NCBI GenBank assembly: GCA_964234715.1
Contig: OZ174280.1
Length of the DNA stretch: 64,000 bases
From: Podarcis melisellensis
Taxonomy: Eukaryota
Reading direction: 5' to 3' (one strand)
Position 1 is the stretch's first letter; each line of letters starts with the position of its first letter. This document shows positions 50,372 through 61,500 of this stretch, piece after piece. The translations under genes and the position numbers were made by a program. Below the pieces are notes generated by a model. That model made no database searches. It saw nothing but the letters and a program-made list of their open reading frames with translations, and was not told where the DNA came from.

Positions 50372-53119
50372 ATGATGGACAAAAGAACATATATTTGCCT
50401 TGTAGTCTCCATCATACTGAAGACAGTTTCACTTCAGACTACAAACTACATCCCAGCAATGAATACCACATCTAGGACTGAAGGGCTGACCGTTTCCAGT
50501 ACAGAAGCAGGCAACATCACTATATTGCAGAATGGAAGTGCCAGCTTGAGTACATTCGCAACAACAGTGAATATTACCAACTTTCCTACGCTTCTACAAA
50601 GCACCCATTCTCCTCATACAGAAACATCAGCTATGACTGCTGAAGCCAAAACTGAGATGACATTTCCAACAGAGTCATTCTCTACTAATTCTACACATCA
50701 AGCCACAGTTGAAGATTTCAATGTCACAACTTCAGCTACCACATTAAAACCGACAGTCCAGCCTTCTAGTACCGCACCACCTATCACCAGCAAGGGCTAC
50801 CTTTCAGTTTCAGCAATTCAGTTTCCAGGTAGGTCTGATGGACAAAATATAAAGTTACAGGCAAACACATGTAAACTGAGACCTGATGCTGTGATGTTGT
50901 TTTATAGTGAAAAGCTATGTTAAGAGTAGAGAAGTGGCAGGAGGAGGAGTGCCTCCTGTTTATCTGCTCCAAATCACCCTTCCCACACCTAGCTTTTCCC
51001 CTATTGCTTCCAAATAGCATGTTTGTTCTTAGGAAAAGGTATCCCATCAGACTACAAGGACATATTGGAACAATGTTTACCTTCCTTTGTATGCACATTC
51101 GAAGAGTCACTCTTAAATTGTTTGATATTGAAAATGACACATGATGAAAGCATCTGTAGCAATAACTAGACTATATTAGTAGTAACCCCCAAGACCCTAA
51201 ATATACTTATCGAGAAGTCCCATTATCATTGACTGGACAAATGTCTGAATAAACATCCACACTGATTTGCAGTCAGCAGAACACTAAGCTATTTCAAACT
51301 AATATTAATATTAATAATAATAATAATAATTTATTTATTTATTTATTTATTTATATCCCGCCCATCTGGCTGAGTTTCCCCAGCCACTCTAGGTAGCTCC
51401 CAATCGAGTATTAAAAACAATACAGTATTAAATATTAAAAACTTCCATAAACAGGGCTGCCTTCAGGTGTCTTTTAAAAATAGGATACTGTAGTTGCTTA
51501 TTTCCTTGACATCTGACGGTAGGGCGTTCCAGAGGGCGGGCGCCACTACCTAGAAGGCCCTCTGTCTGGTTCCCTGTAACCTCTTCTCACAATGAGGGAA
51601 CCGCCAGAAGGCCCTCGGTGCTGAATCTCAGTGTCCGAGCTGAACAATGGGGGTGGAGACGCTCCTTCAGGTATACAGGACCGAGGCCATTTAGGGCTTT
51701 AAAGGTCAGAACCAACACATTTAATTGTGCTCAGAAATGTACTGGGAACCAATGCAGATCTCTTCAAAGGCAGCCCCACGAAGAGCACATTGCAGTAGTC
51801 CAAGCGGGAGATAACTAGAGCATGCACGACTCTGGCGAGACAGTCCGCGGGCAGGTAGGTCTAAGTTTTACTGAGCTTTTTAAACTAAGTATTAGTAGGC
51901 TTTCTTTATTATTTCATTGCAGCAGAAGGAGCTGGTTTGAGCAATTCAGATACCATCCTAACCATATTTTTTGCCATTGTTCTCGCACTGACAATTCTCG
52001 GATTCATTATATATTTTTTCAATAAATATCGAAAACGAAGAGACCAATTTTCCCATCATCCACTTTATGATGCCTCTTTTGAAACAGGTTAGTATATTTT
52101 AAATCAAATACCAATATCATGTACAAGACTAATGAGTAATTATGGGAAGGGGCAATACTCAGCTTTTTATATTCATTCATAGTAGCTGTCTTCCCTTAGT
52201 CACTTACCAACCACTACATGCTAAGTAATGGAATGGCACAGCAAATGGTAACAATTTAAAACAGCTCCAAGAGGTACTACTGCTGTTTCTCAGTCTAGTG
52301 GTAAAATTAGCTGTTTGTTGTGTGGAGTGTAGAGTCTGAAATGGAAGTGGAGTTTCAGCAGCAGGAAACATTGGGTTTACCAGACAATGTGACAGTTTCC
52401 TGCAGGGAAAGGATACAGCCTAGATGCATGTATGAGAAAGTTTTTGAGTATCAATGTTTAGCTTTAAAAATATTTCTGTTTTTTTGAAATATGTAAAGGA
52501 ATAATGTTTATAACCAAGGGCCTGTGGCACAGAGTACTGGGTGCACAGCTGCAAAAAACTTATTTGTGCTCATATCAAAGCCCCCTGAGGTGCTACTGCA
52601 AAAGGCAAATGACCCTTTTGACCAGTGTAAGGGGCTGCCTCTGAAAGGAAGAACTAGAACATTCACATGTGCTGCTTTGAATCCATGCCAACATATTTCT
52701 ATCCTCACTGGGTATGTTGTACATCTGAACTGGATACTGGCAATTTTCTATGAATGCTACTTAAATTGTATCATTGCACAAGAAAGATTTTAAGTCTTTA
52801 GCTTTTTGGATTGATTCAGATTTGGATTGATCAGAAAAAGCTTGGATTCCCAGTAATATTTATTTTTTAAAAACTGTTTACAGTGGATAGATATGCTACT
52901 CCAGATGACACACTTGTAATATCAGGAGGCTTATATGATGCACCAAGAATTTCTAATTCCAACATGACAGTGTATGACGATGATGAGCTTCAGATTGATC
53001 AGTTACCATTTAGTGCTCAACCTGGACAATACAGACTGGAGTTTTTGCCTGGTGAAAAAGAAGTGGACTTTTCTTCAACTTATGAGGGAACATTTCAAAT
53101 ACCACCAGGAGGCATATAA
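50372..53119 (+). CDS. Uncharacterized type I transmembrane mucin-like glycoprotein (MUC15-like architecture), 285 aa, 3 coding exons
   Basis: Exons 50372-50828 (acceptor at 50329/50330; in-frame TAA at 50345-50347 upstream of the ATG), 51923-52087 and 52884-53119 total 858 nt, phases 1-1, GT-AG. Hydrophobic N-terminus, Ser/Thr-rich ectodomain with 6 N-glycosylation sequons, TM helix ILTIFFAIVLALTILGFIIYFF, basic stop-transfer KYRKRR, and a tail with FSHHPLYD and TLVISGGLYDAP. AATAAA at 53155. Confidence 0.85.
51310..51860 (-). mobile_element. L2-like LINE 3' fragment in an intron of the mucin-like gene
   Basis: (AAT)n(ATTT)n tail followed by TTTATATCCCGCCCATCTGGCTG..., then GC-richer L2-like ORF remnant on the reverse strand. 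Confidence 0.65.
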
Positions 53120-53154
53120 TTGTTGGAGCACAGGAACTCTTTTAAAGTGGCTTC

Positions 53155-53222
53155 AATAAATATTTGAACTTCTATCCAGCTCAATAAAAATAAGAAAATA
53201 AAATTAATAAAGTATATTTATT
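53155..53222. terminator. Clustered bidirectional polyadenylation signals between the mucin-like gene and SYCP1
   Basis: AATAAA on + at 53155, 53183, 53197 and 53206; TTTATT (minus-strand AATAAA) at 53217-53222. Confidence 0.6.
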
Positions 53223-53854
53223 TGAAAACAAGGAACACTTCCAGCAGTGGAATACAGTTATCTGCTACTCAGTGACAACGAATGACTTTCAATTTCATTG
53301 GTAATATTGTGCTTAATTAAATAACATGAGCCTTTTCTGATTCGTTCTTTCACTAACCTTACATTTCTAATCTGTTTATGTTAACCTATACATGCAAATG
53401 AGCATGCAGGAGAGGATTGGCAGAGGACTTAGTGGAGCACTATTTCATTCTTCTGTCCCCTGCTGGTCCTTAGCTGATCATAGAATGCTATGCATTGGTC
53501 ATTACTTACAACCCTGATCAAGCCTACCATGTATGCATCCAGATAACCTTTTCTCCTGATGGCCCTGTGCAAAAGTACTCTAGATCCAGCAAGGGAGGGA
53601 TGGGAAGAAAGAGGACTCTACTGAGCCCTACATTGATTCTTTTCCACACATGCACCTGTACCTACAGGAGATAGAACATAAGTTCTTGGGGAAGCTTATA
53701 ATATTTAAATTATTCCAACACTTCCTGCCCTTTTAACAGACTCAGGACACCCTATCTTTTTTTAAAAAAAGTTACTGGAACAAAAATGTAATGAAGGCAG
53801 AGTATTCAAATATGATAAACTAAACAATTAGTTCAACATTACAGTAAGTTTCAC

Positions 53855-55494
53855 TTATGCAAAAAGTTTTCCAGCTTCTTTCATTTTTTTCTTTCTATCC
53901 ACTTTGGAGATTGCAGTCCATCCAGCATCTCGCATCTTTCTTAAAGCTGCAACCTTAACAGAAGATCCAGGAGTTTTCAAAGTTGGTGGCATGTGAACCT
54001 GTACACAAAATTGAAAACTTCACTTAATTTTATTAACATGGCTATTGTGATATATGTTTTGGCTTTTAGTAAAATTGTGAAGATACCTTTTTTGGTGTCA
54101 TGACACATAGGCAAGAAGTTTGTGGATAATCTTTATACAGCTTTTTAAACATTTCTTCCTCTGAAACGATGCTCTTGAAAAGAAATTGTTTTTTTAAAAA
54201 TAAATGCATAATAACATCTAGAGTCTTTCTTTTCCTTTTTCAATATACAACATGGAAAAATTATTTCATTACACACATCCAGTTTATGAATAAGGGAAAA
54301 CATCCTATGACTTTTTAAACTTCACAGATCTTTGTGTTCACAGATCTTTGTGTGCAGCATTATGCTAGGTACATATCAATAGTACTGTGCTAGATGGATT
54401 ATGGGTCTAACCTGATGTAAGGCAGCTCCTTATGCTTTATGTTATCACTATGTATGTTGGTCCAGAACCAAGAAGGAAACAAAATGTGGTATTCAACTGA
54501 GCTTCAGTCAAAGTAGACCTATTGAAATAAGTAGACCTAACTTAGCCATGTTTACTAATTTCATTTGGTCTACTCTGATTAAAACTTAGCTGGACACCAC
54601 CCAAAGAGAAGGGCACTGAGAGGGCTTAGCTGGGAATAGCTAAGAACTGAAGTGCAACCACAAGGCTGGGGCTGTATAAGCTGTTTTCTGGGAACTAAAG
54701 CAGGCCGAGTGGCAGCGCTGTCTGCTTTTAGGAGACTGCTTGCTTTTTGTATGTATATAGGAGAAAAACAAAGAAACAATTATTACAAGAATCTCTAGCT
54801 CTCTCATTAAGGAAATGAAACCCTATAGCACTGCTTCTAGACCAGCTCTAGACCATCTCACTGTTCAGAGAACTGGGGAACACATAACAATATTATGCAA
54901 TCTAAAAACAGTGTTATGTTTCATATAAGTATGTAATGGAAACTACAGAAGACTGGATAGACATGACTTTCATTACACACCAAGAAATAATTTGCTTAGT
55001 TATATTACTCTATGACATTTCAAATTAGGAAGAATTTCCGATAACAATTAGAAAGATCTTTGGAAAGCTCTAAATCAGGGACATGTAATCCTTCAGATGT
55101 TGTTGGACTTCAGCTCTCATAACACCCAGACAGCATGACCAACAGTCAGTAATGATAGGAGTCCAGCATCTGTGGGGGGGGGGTCCAATCCAAGGGGGGT
55201 ATCAAAAGAAATTTACCAAACATAATATATGCCTCTATCTAAGGTTTTTTGTTTTGTTTTTTTGTTCAGACCTATGTGAACCTTGAGGGGAAAATGATCT
55301 GGCTAGGTTAGTTGTTACTTCATAGGTTCCAAGGGCTCCTTGGATCAGGGAGTAGTAATCATCTGTTCTGGTGAGATAATCCCCCCCAAATAATAAATGA
55401 GATAATCATTTATATGGCTAGGAGGGGGGGCATATTTTTATGTTGTAAAGCAAAAGAAATGGCATGTGATAACAAAAAACACTTCAAATGCCTC

Positions 55495-55540
<46 letters not shown>

Positions 55541-58500
55541 TTCTTATTTTCAAACTAATACCAGGAGGTCGTTCTCAGAGGTATCTGACTGAGTATCCAG
55601 TTCTAAAAGAACTTTTCTTTTTTTCTTTGTTACTTCTTCTGAAAGTAGGCTGGTGCTTTCTCTTAGTAATTTAGATTTTGGAGGTGTTTTCACAGTGTAA
55701 GTCTATATGGAATAAAAGAAATATATTTTTTAAAATCCATGATGCTAACTTTAACCTTTTTTTAAAAAAGACTCTTTTAAACCTAGAAGCCCTTGTTCAC
55801 AGATCCTTTTCTTTAGAATTATGCTGTGTACAGATAGTACTGTCAGGCAGCTCCTTATGCCCTGTAATTTCTGGGCATGTGAGACCTGTCCCAATATAAG
55901 CAACCATGAATGCAGCCCCAAAATATGGAGATTCAACTACATATGTAACTTTTTTGTGTGTTCACAGAAGACTTGATTTGTAAGGAAATTTGTAGGTCTT
56001 GATTGGTTAAGGTGAAAAACATTTAGATTAATGAGAAAGGAAAATATTAATCCCAAAAAGATATATGTAGATTGTAAAGGAGTGGTCCCTACAAACTTTC
56101 TTAGGCTTTCCCAAAATAAAAATTTGTTGTGAAATAAATGCATGTGGTTGAAGTGGATTCCAACCTTTTTTCTCAGCTAGCGCTGCATAAGTATAAGCAA
56201 CTTGCCTAGTGAATGGAAATGCAAAGCTAGCTTTCCAGCCTGCACTGTACTCCCTCTGAGTAAGTGGCAGTGCTGCTGCTGGCAAGGTAGCATTGCAGCT
56301 CTGGACCACTGAGTGAGCCACTTCTGTGTATGGGTTACAGATACCTCTTGGCTGGTTGCAATGATGAGTGTTCTTTCTCTGTGTGTGTATGTTGCCTTAA
56401 GACATATATGTGGAAGGCAATTATGAAGTAACAACAAGAGTGGCAAGTGATCTTCCCCAGTACGTAACTCTGCAACCCAGCTATCTTATCGGTATTAAAT
56501 GATGGGGGCTATTTTCGCTAGTACTCTACCATCTGGGTGCTTAGTGAAGCTTTGATAGATGACAAACCTACACATTAAACCTACAGCCTAAACAAGTTAA
56601 TGTCAGTGGCTGGAGCTTCTGATCTATATTGCTTACTTACAGCATTTAAAAGTGACAAGCTACATTACTGGTTAGCTGAGGATAGAGAAGCCATCAAAAC
56701 ACAATAAAGTGAAGGAATATTGCATCACTCAGTAACTACCGTACATAAAGTGGTAAATACACAACACAAAAAATAAAATAATCAGAAATCTGGAAATAAA
56801 GGTAACACAAGACAACAAAGACATGGATCTAGAAGCAGCCAGTGCAGTGGGGCAATGCCATGCCACTGCCCTCCTGACAGTGACACTGTTGCCACTTACC
56901 AGATGGGACAGGGCAGCAGTGAAATTTGGAGAATAGAAACTTTAAACTAAATATTACTTTCTAAATAGTGATTTTTTAAAAAGAAAAAGAAAATTACTTT
57001 TTCATACAAAATTTAGAAATGAGAATCTTAAATCAAACCCTGAACAAATATAGATAAACAAGTAGATAACAAACAAGTACATAAAACTGAAACGTAATAT
57101 ATTAAGAAACAAACCCTGGCAGGTGTCCAAGAAGACTTTTCTTTGTATTCCAACTTGTTCACGTTAGCAGGTGTAAATTTTTGGGACATTTTCTTTTTGG
57201 AATGAAGAGATGGAGAATCTAGGCTATTGGTTTTAGGTGTTTCGATGAAGGATGTTTGTGTTTTCTACAATTAATTACAGAAAGCATAAAAATATGGAGT
57301 AAGTATGAGAAGAACAGAACTACCATAACAACAAATATTACTAGAAAATTTTACTACTTCACAATGCATGTATCAGGTAGCTTATGCAATAAAAGTTGAA
57401 TGCTATATTGTAGCAAAGCATAATAATTTTGAAAAACAGAAGTAATGGTCACCTGATGCCTTTTTTCTTTTTTAGAAATGTCACCTTTATTTGCTTCTCT
57501 TGCTAGCTTTTCCTAGACAGAGGGAAATAGTGCAACTTAAGAAAAACTTTTGAAGTTTTCTATTTAAATATACTTTTTTATTAGCACAAGACAATAAGGG
57601 AGCAGTTAAGTGCGAAGCTCAGAAAACCATTATCAGCTCTACCACAGTTGTTTTTTAAAAGTTAAAATCAGCTATGAAGGACCCCCTACACCCCAAGTGG
57701 ATTAGGTTCATGTACTGTGGAAAGAATGTGCTTACCCCACCACCAAAGCTGTTGTACATTCCATGAGGCAAAAACAAAACAAAACAAAACACAGGTTCCA
57801 AAGTGTAGGGTTTCAGATTTCACACATTTGTCTATTTTCATATAGGGAGTCATCTTCCATTTATTAGGGAATGATCTTAGAAGATCAGAAATCTGATTCG
57901 CTGCATGTGGAATAGCAGAAAATAGAATGGTGGTTTCAAACTGTTCTTGAGGTCTAATACTCCAATTCCTCAAAAGACAGACAAAATGGATTTAAGCTAA
58001 TGGCTCCTACAATAACCTGTTGCTCTCCTGACAGGAGCAGCCAATGCGAAAATTGAGTGGGGGGGAGCAACTGCATGACCTGGCCTCCTGGCAGCAGTGT
58101 TGCTGCAGTTTATCAGGAGGGAAAGAGGAATAGGCAAGGTGGTGGGGAGGTTGGCATTCAGCAAACACACCAGCAGGACAGGTGGACTGGCTCCACCAGT
58201 ACATTTCATAGCACCAAACTCCCTGCCATCTTGCCGCTTCCTCTCTCCCTCCCTCCCAGTGATTTACCAATACCATGAGGCCAGGTCTGCACCATTGCCC
58301 CTTTCTGATGGCCATCCTAGCCTCCAAATGTTGTTGTACTCCAACTCCCACCAGTCCCAGGCAGCATGGCTAACGGTCAAGGTTCAAGGAGATTATACTC
58401 CTAAAATGACTAAAGACATGGGCTAGATACCTCTAGTATAGGGGAATCCTGTGGCCAATTAAAATTATCCTTTATCTTTGGTGAAGCATTACCTAGATGA

Positions 58501-61500
58501 GAACTCCATAGTCAAGCTAGATCAAATAATTTTTAAGGTCCAAATATATATTTCTTTTAATCTTGCCCTGACCTCACTGAGTATATGCTACCTAGCACAA
58601 AAGTATCACTGCAAATCTGCGGGAAACTAATGAACTAAGTACTTAGTTTTTGTTTCTGCAATTTCTATGTAAGGATTTCCAGGGTAATTCTCTTTACTGT
58701 GCCAGAAGTGGCTTTCTTGGTGGGATAGCTGCAATGCTAGCTTCTTGACAGCCAGGTTGCTACTGTTTGACAGGTAGGGTGCTGGAATGCTGGATTGGCT
58801 CAACTGGTGCACCTAAACCATGCCAGTTTCCCCATCACCTCAGCCTCCCCCCACTTTCTCATCATAAGCACCAGTGATCCCAAAGCCAAGACTTACAGCT
58901 CTACTGCCCCCCAGGCATCCTCATGAACTTGGTAAAAATTGCTTCTAGTGATTTATTTGATTGGACTATCACTTGGGTGCTTAATACAAATTGACAAGTC
59001 TGAATTCCATTTCAATCTGAATGTGATTTGCTCAGCTTGCATCACCACCACTTTTACAGAGCAGGTCTCTACGTAGCACAGATTAGCCAGTGCATGGCTA
59101 ATCATGTTATATATATCATAAATGCATTGCTGCACATCACTCCAATCTCTGAGGAGTGCAAGATTCCAGGGGTTCCAGGTGCTTACCCAGGGTTTGTATT
59201 TCCATTGGAATAAGGGACAGCGGAGACTGTGGTGTCTTTGTGATACATGGTTTATTTACACACATATATAACCAGGGCCTATAATGGAGGGGTTCACAGC
59301 ATTAACAACCCAAGAGGGTCTTGCTTCTCCCATAGCAGCAGCTATGTAACCCAGATTATTTTCACAGAATTGTGTGCATAAAATTAAAAAACCAGAAGAT
59401 ATACCTTCTCTTCCATTTCTATTTTAAGTTGCTCCTGAAGGGAGGAGAGTTCCTTTTTCTTATTGGAAAGTTCACTTTTCTGAGAATGATAATTAGATAA
59501 AAACTTAGTAGCTCAGACTCTATTTAAAAACTCGTTCACATGCTCAACTTTTTCAGAAAAAATACATTAAATTAAATTAAATACAATTCAAAAAATTTTT
59601 TAACTCAACCTTTCTTTGCTAAAGGATTGCAAAATAAAGTGCCTCTCTCTGCATGGCAGATAGTGATCTGACAGCAACAGTAAAAGCCACATTATTGAAT
59701 TCAATTCACCATTAATATATATCTTCATCAGTACTCCTTGTCTCGTTTATTTTCATTTCAGTTTGTCCCTCATGTTTCCTATAGATGTACAGGAGTACTA
59801 TAAATAGTTATAACATTTGTCTACATTTAAGAAAGTTGTCGGTTTCATTTTGACTCAAAATTGGACAGTGACTTCTAGTTCCCACACAAAAATTCCTCCA
59901 TTGGATTAAAGAAACTACAGTGAATCATAATAAAATATAGAAATAGGTACTGATGGGACAGTAATGGATAACCTGTAGCCACACCATGGCTGAAATAGGA
60001 GATATTCTTACCAAAGATCCTATTGTTGATGATACCTCTTGTTCTTTTGTCTTATAGCATTCTAATATTGCATCTTTTTCTTCAACTGTCTTATCATATT
60101 GATGCTGCATAGAGGAGATGGTCATATGTTAATTCACATATAATATTTAACTGCTTATTCTGCCTGCTTGCAGCAGAGGAAGGTGGTAAGCAGCACAAGT
60201 CTATTAGCTTTGCTGAAAGACCAGCTCCAGTTGCTTTCCCTCTCCCTGAACTGTTTTCATTTCAGCTGATAATTAGCAGCATAATATCTGTTTATGCACA
60301 AATCCTAATGGAATTCAATCAGGTTTATTCTGAGGTAAGTGAGTATATAATCCTACCCTAAAAGAATGGGTGCTTCCAGATGGGTGTAGATTTTGTCTGA
60401 TTCCTCCCCTCTACTTTAGTATACATGTATATTTATTTATATGAATATAAGCACTAATTTCACATTGGGAAAAAGATATAAAAAAACAAAACAAAATATT
60501 AAGTATACAAGTGAACGCAAGTGGAGGAAATATTTGAATGAATGCAACCAAACACTGGTAAGGACTCATTATCAAGCCTACCCAGTGGCAGTGAAGGCAG
60601 CAAAGAAGGCATACTTTGCTGCCTCCATTGCATCTTCATCATGTAGTCCAGCAGAGCTTTTCTGGGTTGTATGAGGCCTTTTACAGGCTGGCTCAAAGGA
60701 GGTGATAGAACCAATGGTAGCTCACTGTGACTTGTTTTGCAAAGCATTTTGAGGATAAAATTGCTTGCATCCACCAAGACCTTGACTCTGCTGTTATAGC
60801 AGATGAATCTCATGGAGTGTCCAGAGCACAGTCTAGTCCTGTTGTGTTGGATGAGTTTCAGTTGGACAAGATCCTCGGATCAGTCAGGGTGACCACTTCC
60901 TCTCTAGACCCTTGTACTTCTTGGCTGATAAAATCCAGCAGGGAGGGAACAGCTGGCTATGCCAAGGAGGTGATCAATGCCTCTTTACGAGAGGTGGTAG
61001 TCGCTGCCTGTTTGAAGAAGGCAGTGGTAAAACCACTCCTTAAAAAAAACCTTCCCTGGATTCAGAAAACCTAACAAACTACTGGACAGGGGCTATTCTC
61101 CCTTTCTTGGGCAAGGTTCTGGAGCAAGTGATCGCTTGCGGGTTTTTTAATTGAGTTGTTGTTTTATTTTTATTTTATGCATTTGATATTTTTTGTAAAC
61201 TGCCCTGAGACCTTCAGGTAGAGGGTGGTATAGAAATGAAATAAATAAATAAATACATGTTGAAAGATTAACGGCACATATATCAAGGTAATTTTAATCT
61301 ACTTTAGTATTTTAACTTGGATATGTTTTTAAGTATGGTTGTATTTTTTTATTTTAATGTTTTACCTTTTGATAGGTTGTATTTTACAATCATGCAGTGT
61401 ACAAATTTAATGAAATAAATAAATCAATATAACACCTACACCCCCATCAGATAATACACACAACCAAGATTTCAGTCCCCAGTTTGTGGGTGTGGTTTTT

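Noticed and set aside
50348-50923. Single-exon 191-aa ORF as given in the ORF track
   Set aside because: It starts at TTG and reads through the donor at 50828/50829; the spliced model from ATG 50372 yields a coherent membrane protein.
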